In this document: in pieces, positions 36,896 through 44,638 of the stretch | How positions within the stretch are numbered: the stretch's first letter is position 1 | How the letters are laid out: each line of letters begins with the position of its first letter | Origin: Chloroflexota bacterium | Lineage (GTDB): Bacteria; Chloroflexota; Dehalococcoidia; Lucifugimonadales; UBA3495 | Reading direction: 5' to 3' | DNA: 63,768 nt | Assembly (NCBI GenBank): GCA_022568195.1 | Contig: JADFFS010000001.1 | Location: 1-63,768 of the forward strand | The notes under the pieces: generated by a model | What the model was told of the DNA's origin: nothing | Seen by the model: the letters and a program-made list of their open reading frames with translations, nothing else | The model's database searches: none | Made by a program: the position numbers and the translations under genes

Positions 36896-37117
36896 CTAAG
36901 GACCAGTTTGGTATATTGCCGGCCGGTAGCGGGGTGTCGGGACAGGCTTTCCGGCTTGCCGTGCCGCTTCTATCCACGCTTCTTTAGCTAGCTTCACCTC
37001 TGCCAAGGCTTCCTCGTCGGTTGCTCCAAAGGCCGAACAGGAGTCCAGATCTGGGATATCGGCTATGTAGCCGCCATCCTCCTCGCTGAAAAATATGTTT
37101 ATATGATAATCACTCAT
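36896..37117 (-). CDS. hicB: HicB-family antitoxin (N-terminal HicB fold)
   Basis: YHINIFFSEEDGGYIADIPDLDSCSAFGATDEEALAEVKLAKEAWIEAARQAGKPVPTP. Confidence 0.8.
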   Translation of the reverse strand: MSDYHINIFFSEEDGGYIADIPDLDSCSAFGATDEEALAEVKLAKEAWIEAARQAGKPVPTPRYRPAIYQTGP

Positions 37118-37119
37118 TC

Positions 37120-37371
37120 CTAGTCCTCCAGACTCAAATTATATCGCTCAACCAAGCGGAGGAGTTGCCGGATCTGATACGGCTTTGCTTCCCCTCGAAC
37201 CGACTGAAGATTGACCAACTCGGATATATCTGGATGGGCGAATATTTGATGGCTCCCTGATACCCGTATCAACTGGAACCCGAATCCTTCAACCAGATTG
37301 ACCATTTCGTTAATAGAGACGTTGTTAACTGCTCCTTGAGCTAAACGTCTTAAGAGGCGCCTGCGATTCAT
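37120..37371 (-). CDS. hicA: HicA-family mRNA interferase toxin
   Basis: LVEGFGFQLIRVSGSHQIFAHPD....V.LQSVRGEAKPYQIRQLL. It lies 2 nt upstream of hicB. Confidence 0.8.
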   Translation of the reverse strand: MNRRRLLRRLAQGAVNNVSINEMVNLVEGFGFQLIRVSGSHQIFAHPDISELVNLQSVRGEAKPYQIRQLLRLVERYNLSLED

Positions 37372-37408
37372 TCTTGGTACGCAGCAGAAGGTGGCTTACT
37401 GTAAGTAG

Positions 37409-37482
37409 TGGCTGCCCCGCCTGGGATCGAACCAGGGATTCCAACTCCAAAGGCTGGCGTGCTACCGCTACACCACGGGGCA
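37409..37482 (-). tRNA. tRNA-Gln (anticodon UUG), CCA encoded
   Basis: The reverse complement folds as a cloverleaf: acceptor UGCCCCG/CGGGGCA (U1-A72), D arm GUGU-AGCGGUA-GCAC, anticodon arm CCAGC-CUUUGGA-GUUGG, T arm CCUGG-UUCGAUC-CCAGG, discriminator G, CCA. Confidence 0.88.
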
Positions 37483-37674
37483 ATGACGGGACTCTCCAGC
37501 GAAGCGCCGCTTGGTGCGCCCATCGGATATTATTCTCCCGCTACCGTCGCCTACCGTCAAGTCGCACCACGTCTTTAAGCGTCGAGCCCCGGTGGTATAA
37601 TGAGCGGCGTTAGCGACAGCGCCTTCTAAGGCTAAACCACGCCGCCCAATGCTCGAAAACCAAGGCTAGGGTTC

Positions 37675-38448
37675 ATGAGAAAGCTGCGCATTTCCTTTCT
37701 ACACCTGGCGCCCACCACCGGCGACGTCGACGGTAACCGCAAACTGGTGGAAACTGCCGTGAAGGTGGCTGCCAGCCAGGGCGCCGACTGGGCCATAACC
37801 CCGGAGCTGTGTATACCGGGATACACCTTTGTAAAGCTAATCGGGACCGACTGGATCCTTCCCCAGCCCGACGAGTGGATGCAGGGCTTCTGCCAACTGG
37901 TCAAGGAGCTGGGGTTGACGGTTTTCTTGTCCCACCCCGAGCGGGACCCTGAGTCGGACAACATGTACAACTCCGTTTTTGTCATCGACCGCACCGGCCA
38001 GATCATCGGCAAGCAATCAAAAATTAAAACTTTACATGGAGCGGAAGCCTGGTCTACCCCCGGTTGGGAGATAGGGCCGGTGGAGTGCGACCACGTCAAG
38101 ACAGGAATCCTGATCTGCGCCGACGGCTACAAAAACGAGATAGCCCAACAGATGAAGGACAAAGGGGCGGAGATACTGGTATCGCCCGCGTCCTGGGGCC
38201 CCGGAAGCTGCGGTCCCGACGGCGAATGGGAACAGCGCTCGCTGGACACCGGGCTACCGATCATGGTCTGCAACCGCTCGGGGGTAGAGCCGGGCGAGCT
38301 GGACATGCGGGAAGCCGACAGCGTGGTGGCCCAGTACGGACGGCGGTTGCTGACCGCGTGCTCCGACCGTTCGGTGGTGCTTACCTTCGACTGGGACATG
38401 GAATCCATGACGCTGCTGTCCGAGGAGTACGACAGGCAGTACCTATAG
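37675..38448 (+). CDS. Carbon-nitrogen hydrolase (nitrilase superfamily)
   Basis: ISFLHLAP..GD...N, ITPELCIPGY (catalytic Glu) and ILICADGY (catalytic Cys). Confidence 0.8.
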   Translation: MRKLRISFLHLAPTTGDVDGNRKLVETAVKVAASQGADWAITPELCIPGYTFVKLIGTDWILPQPDEWMQGFCQLVKELGLTVFLSHPERDPESDNMYNSVFVIDRTGQIIGKQSKIKTLHGAEAWSTPGWEIGPVECDHVKTGILICADGYKNEIAQQMKDKGAEILVSPASWGPGSCGPDGEWEQRSLDTGLPIMVCNRSGVEPGELDMREADSVVAQYGRRLLTACSDRSVVLTFDWDMESMTLLSEEYDRQYL

Positions 38449-38466
38449 TCCCGGGCTCGTTCCCCG

Positions 38467-38868
38467 CTACTCCCCCTGCTGCTCCAGGAACCTCTGCAAG
38501 ATCAGCATCGCGGCGGTTTCGTCCACAGTGCCTTTTTGCCGGGAAGGCTGATGCCCGGCCTCCCGGAGCAATCCCTCAGCTTCTACCGAAGTGAACCGCT
38601 CGTCCATGGAAAAAACCGGTAGATCGGTGTGTTTCTCGAGGCTCTTGACAAAGCCCAAGGCCCGTTTTGCCTGTACTCCCTCCGCCCCGTCCAGGGAGTA
38701 GGGTATCCCGACTACGAACCCTTCAACACTCTTGTCTCGGGCTACCGTTAAAACCTGCTGGACATCCTCGTTCAACTTGCTGCGAAGGAGATGGCCCGAC
38801 GGCAGGACCAGGCTCCCTGGACCGCTGACGGCCAGCCCGATACGGCGCTCTCCCAAGTCCAAGGCCAT
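38467..38868 (-). CDS. ruvX: Holliday-junction-resolvase-like nuclease RuvX/YqgF
   Basis: MALDLGERRIGLAVSG, VVGIPYSLDG and DERFTSVEA. It lies downstream of alaS, a conserved arrangement. Confidence 0.9.
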   Translation of the reverse strand: MALDLGERRIGLAVSGPGSLVLPSGHLLRSKLNEDVQQVLTVARDKSVEGFVVGIPYSLDGAEGVQAKRALGFVKSLEKHTDLPVFSMDERFTSVEAEGLLREAGHQPSRQKGTVDETAAMLILQRFLEQQGE

Positions 38869-38933
38869 CAGTTTCAGCGTTCTACCCCCTTCGCGCCGAA
38901 TTTATCAGTTCCGCCCCAATCTTATCTCGGTCC

Positions 38934-38991
38934 GGACAGGCCCTTCGGCTCGGCTCAGGAAAGGCCCTTCGACGTGGCTCAGGACAGGCTC
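38934..38991. repeat. 24-nt tandem repeat (about 2.4 units) spanning the alaS stop codon
   Basis: GGACAGGCCCTTCGGCTCGGCTCA / GGAAAGGCCCTTCGACGTGGCTCA / GGACAGGCTC. The alaS TGA is at 38979-38981, inside unit 2/3. Confidence 0.75.
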
Positions 38992-41888
38992 TGACGCACC
39001 AAGTCCGTTACCCCGTTCAGGGCCTCATCCAGCTTACTTGGGTCCCTGCCTCCGGCCTGGGCCATTTCCGGCCGCCCTCCGCCACCGCCCCCCATCACCT
39101 TGGCGGTGTCCCGGACCATGTTTCCAGCATGGAGCCCCCGTTCCACCAGGTCGGGGGTGACCATGGCCACCAGGATGGGATTGCCTTCCACCACGGAGGC
39201 CAGCATTATCACCGCGCTGGACAGCTTGGCCTTCAGGAAGTCTCCCATCTCCCGCATGGCTTCGGCGTTGGCCGCCGAGGTTTTGGCGGCCACCACCTTG
39301 ATCCCGTCTACATCGGCCACCCGGCGCAGGATCTCTTCGGCCTCGGTCCTGAGCGTCGCCCGCTCCAGGGTGGCCAAACGCCGTTTTAGATCTTCGTGGT
39401 CCTGGATGAAGCTTTCCAGCCGGGCTTCCAGATCGGGAACGGGGGTTTGGAGCTTCTGGGATAAAGCGTCCAGCCTGGCTGCCTGCTCGACAAATAACTC
39501 CTCGGCGGCCCGCCCAGTAACGGCCTCGATGCGGCGCATGCCTCCCCCGATGCTGGACTCGCCCAGCACAAACAGGGTGCCCACCTGGCCTGTGGCCCCG
39601 ACGTGGGTCCCGCCGCACAGTTCTAGGCTGAAAGGCGCGTTGCCGCCGGTATCTGGCGACTCGGCGGCGGCCATGCTGACCACCCGGACCACGTCCCCGT
39701 ACTTGTCGCCGAAAAATGCCAGGGCTCCTTGGCGCACGGCTTCGGCGTAGGTGGTCTCCTGGGACGACACCAGCAGGTTGTCCCGAATCCTCTCGTTGGA
39801 CAGGGATTGTACCGAAATAATTTCTTCAGGCGACAAGGGACTGACGTGGCTGAAGTCGAAGCGCAAACGCTCCGGCGCCACCAGGGACCCGGCCTGCCGA
39901 ACGTGGTGTCCCAACACGGTGCGCAGGCTGGCGTGGAGCAGGTGGGTGCCGCTGTGGTTGCGGGCGGCGTCCCAGCGGCGGGCGGCGTCGACCTGGGCCG
40001 TTACCGGCTCCCCCAAGGAGATATCGCCCTGCTCTACAACCCCCCGATGCATGATGAGCCCGGCCACGGGGCTATGGGTATCCTCCACCCGTACCGTTCC
40101 GTTGGGTCCGGTGATGGTTCCCCGGTCGCCCACCTGGCCGCCACCCTCGGCGTACAGGGGAGACGCTTGCAAAACTATCTCTAGCTCCTGCCCCTGGGTG
40201 GCCTGACCTACCGGCGAGCCATCCACCAGGATGGCCGCCACAACCGACTCCTGTTCCAGGGTCAGGTAGCCTACGAACCGGGTGGCTTCGACGCCCAGAT
40301 TCTCGTAGGCCGACAGGATTTCCATGCTGCCGGTAAAGGCTTGCGCTGCCCTGGCCCGGTCCCGCTGGGCTTCCATCTCTTGCTGGAAGCCCTCCATGTC
40401 CACCTCCAGGCCGTGCTCCCGGGCTATCTCGGCGGTCAGCTCCGGGGGAAAGCCGTAGGTGTCGTAGAGTACGAACGTCTCATCTCCGGTAATGTATTTT
40501 GCCATGGTTCCGGCTGCTTCTCTGTATGCTTCTGGCCGGTTATCCATCGGCCCGAGATCCCACAACCGCTTCATCGCGGCGTACGCTAATTCACCCCCTA
40601 TATTCTCACCTTCGTTGCGGCCAACAAGAGGGCCTTGAGGTTGTATTGCTCCTGTATCTTGCAACACTCCTTCCAGACCTTGTATTTGGCTGGCCCGATA
40701 TCTGACGAATCCGTTAAAAATGTCAATGCCGCGTTCGTACGCCTCTCCAAACCGCTCCTCCTCCAGGCGAATCACCCGCAGGATGAAGTCGTGGTTCTCC
40801 AGCAGCTCCCGGTAGACGTGCCGGAAGTGGGCCAGCACCACCTCGGCTACCTGACTCAGGAAGGGCTGGTCCAGGCCCAAAAGCCTCCCGTGCCGTATGG
40901 CCCGCCGGATTATCCGGCGCAGCACGTAGCCCCGGCCCTCGTTGCCCGGCACCACGCCGTCGCCGATCAGAAAAGACGCCGCCCGGGCGTGCTCCGCCAC
41001 CACCCGCAGGGCGTAGTCGTCCTCTGGGTCCACGCCGTAGGGCTTGCCCGTTAGCTGACACACCCGCTCAATGATGGGCGCGAACAGGTCGGTTTCGTAG
41101 ATGTTGTTTTTGCCTTGGAGAACGACGGCGGCCCGCTCCAGGCCCATGCCGGTATCCACGCTGGGGGCCGGCAAGGGCGTCCGGTTCCGCTGCGGGTCCT
41201 GGTAGAACTGCATGAACACCAGGTTCCACAGCTCCACGAACCGCTCGCAGTCGCAGTTGGGGTGGCAACCGGGCACGGTTTGGGCTTCCCCAGTGTCCCG
41301 CTCCTGGCGTTGCAAGGCAGTCAGCACGTCGGGCTCGACCATGGGGCCGCAGCCCTTGTCCGCGCCGCCATCGTAGTGGATCTCTGAGCACGGTCCCGTA
41401 GGTCCCTCGGTGCCCGCCGGACCCCACCAGTTATCCTTATCCCCGTACCGGTAGATTCGCTCAACCGGCACGCCGATTTCGTCCCGCCAAATCAGGAAGG
41501 CATCTTCGTCGTCCAAGTGAACGGTCACGTACAACCGGTCGGCAGGCAAGTGGAACACTTGGGTTACCAGCTCCCAGGCGAAGGCTATGGCAACGTCTTT
41601 GAAGTAGTCGCCGATACTGAAGTTGCCCAGCATCTCGAAGAATGTCAGGTGCTTGTGGTCTCCCACCTCGTCGATATCGGTGGTGCGGAAGCTCTTCTGG
41701 CTGCTGGTCAAACGGAGGGAAGGCGGGGTCTGCTCGCCCATGAAGAAGGGCTTGAAGGGGACCATCCCGGAGCTGGTGAACAACAGGGTCGGGTCTCCGG
41801 CCGGGATAAGCGACGCGCTGGGCATGGGCAGGTGCCCCCGTTCCTGGAAAAACTGTAGGAAAGAGCTTCTTACTTCGTCGCCGGTCAT
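38979..41888 (-). CDS. alaS: Alanine--tRNA ligase
   Basis: FLQFFQERGH, FTSSGM, SQKSFRT.DI..VG and WNLVFMQF, editing-domain HSGTHLL and C-terminal DHHA1. 969 aa. Confidence 0.97.
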   Translation of the reverse strand: MTGDEVRSSFLQFFQERGHLPMPSASLIPAGDPTLLFTSSGMVPFKPFFMGEQTPPSLRLTSSQKSFRTTDIDEVGDHKHLTFFEMLGNFSIGDYFKDVAIAFAWELVTQVFHLPADRLYVTVHLDDEDAFLIWRDEIGVPVERIYRYGDKDNWWGPAGTEGPTGPCSEIHYDGGADKGCGPMVEPDVLTALQRQERDTGEAQTVPGCHPNCDCERFVELWNLVFMQFYQDPQRNRTPLPAPSVDTGMGLERAAVVLQGKNNIYETDLFAPIIERVCQLTGKPYGVDPEDDYALRVVAEHARAASFLIGDGVVPGNEGRGYVLRRIIRRAIRHGRLLGLDQPFLSQVAEVVLAHFRHVYRELLENHDFILRVIRLEEERFGEAYERGIDIFNGFVRYRASQIQGLEGVLQDTGAIQPQGPLVGRNEGENIGGELAYAAMKRLWDLGPMDNRPEAYREAAGTMAKYITGDETFVLYDTYGFPPELTAEIAREHGLEVDMEGFQQEMEAQRDRARAAQAFTGSMEILSAYENLGVEATRFVGYLTLEQESVVAAILVDGSPVGQATQGQELEIVLQASPLYAEGGGQVGDRGTITGPNGTVRVEDTHSPVAGLIMHRGVVEQGDISLGEPVTAQVDAARRWDAARNHSGTHLLHASLRTVLGHHVRQAGSLVAPERLRFDFSHVSPLSPEEIISVQSLSNERIRDNLLVSSQETTYAEAVRQGALAFFGDKYGDVVRVVSMAAAESPDTGGNAPFSLELCGGTHVGATGQVGTLFVLGESSIGGGMRRIEAVTGRAAEELFVEQAARLDALSQKLQTPVPDLEARLESFIQDHEDLKRRLATLERATLRTEAEEILRRVADVDGIKVVAAKTSAANAEAMREMGDFLKAKLSSAVIMLASVVEGNPILVAMVTPDLVERGLHAGNMVRDTAKVMGGGGGGRPEMAQAGGRDPSKLDEALNGVTDLVRQSLS

Positions 41889-41938
41889 GAGGTTTTTGCC
41901 GCCAGATGTAAGTTACGGATTACGTTGACGTGTCTGGA

Positions 41939-41968
41939 ATTGTATGTCACCGAAGAAAGGAGCGTCAA
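41939..41968 (-). promoter_or_regulatory. Sigma70-like promoter for alaS (TTGACG-18 nt-TACAAT on minus strand)
   Basis: On the minus strand: -35 TTGACG (41968-41963), 18-nt spacer, -10 TACAAT (41944-41939), about 50 nt upstream of the alaS ATG. Confidence 0.45.
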
Positions 41969-42115
41969 TTGGCGGGTAACTCCGGTTCCCGCCAGTTTTA
42001 CTCCAGGCGCCGCCAAGGGTTGCTCTCAAAAGGCGCCACCTCTACAATAAAGGCGTCCGAAAGACGCCGGGAAAACGTCGACACCAGATTTTCGTGAGGT
42101 GGTTTGGAGGTGTAA

Positions 42116-42370
42116 ATGGATTCCAGCATCATCGGTAAGATAGACAAAGCCAGGAGATACGCTGAAGAGCCGGAGCGGGTAAGTCTGACCAGCTTCAGGG
42201 GCAGCTTCCATGGCGACCACAACACCTACGAAGTCAGCTTCGACTCAGGTGTCTGGAATTGCCAGTGCCACTTCTTCGACACCCGTGGGGTGTGCAGCCA
42301 CACCATGGCCCTACAGCGGATTCTGGAAGGGATGCTGGACCAAGCGGAGAAACCGGCGGCAGCAGTCTGA
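42116..42370 (+). CDS. Small SWIM zinc-finger protein
   Basis: WNCQCHFFDTRGVCSHTMA equals CxC-x9-CxH (SWIM). 84 aa. Confidence 0.65.
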   Translation: MDSSIIGKIDKARRYAEEPERVSLTSFRGSFHGDHNTYEVSFDSGVWNCQCHFFDTRGVCSHTMALQRILEGMLDQAEKPAAAV

Positions 42371-42554
42371 CACTTGGCCACTCATCGCATCAAGAAAAAG
42401 AGCACCAAATAATTATTTCTGCGTTAACACGGCTCACGAACACCACGTCAACAGCCTTCGGCGGCAAAAAGCCCGGCCTGCGACCAAGTATTCGCCCAGG
42501 CCCTTCCCTGCCTAGGGAGACGCTGAACGGCGTGGCGATAGACGGGCCCGGATC

Positions 42555-43940
42555 ATGACTTTAACCGGGCTGCTGATTCTGGCCGGCGGCTTTATCCTCA
42601 TGGCCCTGGCCATCGTCCCTGCGATCAAGCGCCGAATACGCGATAACGGGGTAGCGAGCTACGTGCCCCCAGCCTTAAGATATCCTGCGTTCCGAGCGTA
42701 CTGGCTTGGCCTGCTGGCCTCAGTCAGCGGCTACCAGATGTTTAGGGCCGCCCAAGCCTGGTTCGTCTACGAGCTGACCGGCTCACCTCTGTTCCTGGGC
42801 TACGCCGCCGCGGCAAACGCCGTGCCCGGCATATTCTTCAACGTATTCGGCGGCGTTTATGCCGACAAGCTGAACAAACGCCTGCTGGTTATGTCCACCC
42901 AGGCCATCAACGCCGGTCTGATCTTTCTTCTGGCTGTCCTGACCCTCTTGGACGTGGTGCAGGTCTGGCACATCATGGTCATCGCGTTCGTGTCTGGCGC
43001 CGTCGAGGCCTTCGACACACCGGCGCGCCAGGCGATCTATCCCCACCTGATCGACCGCCGCGTGATGATGAGCGCGGTGGCTTTGAACTCTTCCGTCTGG
43101 TCGGGCAACCGGATCATCGCACCGGCAATCGCCGGATTCATCATTGCCACCACCAATATGGAGACCGCTTTCTTTGTGGCCGGATCCGGTTTCGCTGTTA
43201 TGGCGCTGGTCATGCTTTTCCTTCATGTTCCGTACATTCCACAGGGGGGAAGGGGAAGCCCACTCCAAGATATGTTGGAGGGCTTTCGGTTTATCAGAGG
43301 CAACTCGATTTTCTCTTTCCTGATCACCATGACCTTCTTCAACAGCTTCTTCGGCATGGCTTATGTGTTCCTGATGCCGGTGATCGCCCAAGACCACCTG
43401 GGCTTGGGGCCAGGCACCTACGGAACCCTGCTCAGCGCCGGCGGGGTGGGTTCCCTGCTGGTCACGGTCTGGCTGGGCTCACGAAGCACATTCCGCAGCA
43501 AGGGTCTATTCATAATCGGTGGCGCTGTGATGTTCGGCTTGTCGCTGATAGTCTTCGGGTTGACCTCAAATTTCATCGGCTCCTTTACACTGGCCCTGAT
43601 TGTCCTCTTCATCATGGGGGTTGTCACCTCCACATACATGATTTCTATCCAGAGCGCCCTCCAGATGATGGTGCCCGACGCAGTGCGGGGCCGGGTAATG
43701 GGGTTCTATGGCATGACCTGGAGCATCATGCCCTTGGGTGCGATGCCGTCCGGTGCGCTGGCCACCATTATCGGCGCCCCCTTCGCGGTCGCCTTGGGTG
43801 GCTTGGCGGTTATGGCCTTCGCCATCGGACCGGCATTGATCAACAGCAGAATCCGCAACCTGGGGTCGCAAGTGGAAACGCCGGAAACCGGCGCCGGGGC
43901 ATCAGCCGCCCCACCTGTGCCGGCCCAAGCCGATAGCTGA
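42555..43940 (+). CDS. MFS transporter
   Basis: 461 aa with about 12-14 TM helices. YPAFRAYWLGLLASVSGYQMFRAAQAWFVYELTGSP places it in the same subfamily as 2972-4204. Confidence 0.8.
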   Translation: MTLTGLLILAGGFILMALAIVPAIKRRIRDNGVASYVPPALRYPAFRAYWLGLLASVSGYQMFRAAQAWFVYELTGSPLFLGYAAAANAVPGIFFNVFGGVYADKLNKRLLVMSTQAINAGLIFLLAVLTLLDVVQVWHIMVIAFVSGAVEAFDTPARQAIYPHLIDRRVMMSAVALNSSVWSGNRIIAPAIAGFIIATTNMETAFFVAGSGFAVMALVMLFLHVPYIPQGGRGSPLQDMLEGFRFIRGNSIFSFLITMTFFNSFFGMAYVFLMPVIAQDHLGLGPGTYGTLLSAGGVGSLLVTVWLGSRSTFRSKGLFIIGGAVMFGLSLIVFGLTSNFIGSFTLALIVLFIMGVVTSTYMISIQSALQMMVPDAVRGRVMGFYGMTWSIMPLGAMPSGALATIIGAPFAVALGGLAVMAFAIGPALINSRIRNLGSQVETPETGAGASAAPPVPAQADS

Positions 43941-44096
43941 CCTGCAGACCACCGGTTCATTCCAGTAAAGAACAGGGTTTTGTTTAATCACCGTTGACGT
44001 GGCACCGGGAGTTCGCCGCGGCGAAGCAGTCCCGCTCGAATGGTTCCCGCGGTCGATAGAGGCTTGCAAGAACCGGAGTGGTATACTCAGCGGTGG

Positions 44097-44383
44097 ATGA
44101 ATCTTCGCTTTTATCTAGACTCGGCGACGGGTGAGCCTCATATCTACAACCATGGCGTCAGCGAAAATGAAGTGGCAGATGTCATAGACCGTCGGGTGAG
44201 GACCGACTAGCACGGGGAGGCTCTCGCGTAGCCATCGGTCAAACACGGTCAGGAAGGTATTTACGGGTCGTCTATGTGCCAAACCACGAGCCAGACGGCA
44301 TATTTGTGATTACAGCGTTTGAGTTGAGGGGCACGTCCCGGACAGCCTACAGACGGCGGCAGCGTCGGAGAGGACGTCGATGA
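44097..44383 (+). pseudogene. Frameshifted small toxin-like gene (uncharacterised family)
   Basis: Frame 0 reads MNLRFYLDSATGEPHIYNHGVSENEVADVIDRRVRTD-stop (TAG 44208-44210). The -1 frame continues PSGEDRLARGGSRVAIGQTRSGRYLRVVYVPNHEPDGIFVITAFELRG..AYRRRQRRRGRR and ends in an ATGA overlap with the next ORF. Confidence 0.55.
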
Positions 44384-44577
44384 GACAGCACAGATTTCCA
44401 CCGGGCTGGGATGAAGACCGGGTGCGCAAAGTATTGACACACTATGAGGAGCAAACGGAAGTCGAAGCAGTGGCGGAGGACGAAGCCGCTTTTGAAGATT
44501 CGACCCAAACGGTGATGGAGGTGCCAATCGACCTTGTTCCCGCCGTTCGGGAGTTAATCGCCAAGCACCAAGCCTAA
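44380..44577 (+). CDS. Small acidic antitoxin-like protein (hypothetical)
   Basis: MRQHRFPPGWDEDRVRKVLTHYEEQTEVEAVAEDEAAFED. Its start codon overlaps (ATGA) the stop of the upstream frameshifted gene. Confidence 0.5.
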   Translation: MRQHRFPPGWDEDRVRKVLTHYEEQTEVEAVAEDEAAFEDSTQTVMEVPIDLVPAVRELIAKHQA

Positions 44578-44638
44578 TTGGGTTTAGAGCATTAATGCCA
44601 AATAATATGAATGGTGTTGAGACTGGGAGGAGTCCTCT

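Noticed and set aside
41889-42115. Possible T-box or attenuator leader upstream of alaS, suggested by the hairpin GGCGUC-UUUCG-GACGCC + UUUAUU on the minus strand (about 42046-42075)
   Set aside because: I see no T-box consensus (AGGGUGGUACCGCG-like), no specifier-loop architecture, and the hairpin lies upstream of the best alaS promoter candidate. I left it as an unexplained terminator-like hairpin in a divergent region.
44261-44527. 88-aa minus-strand ORF across the toxin/antitoxin locus
   Set aside because: It is antisense to the coupled plus-strand pair and Pro/Ser/Leu-rich, with no start context.
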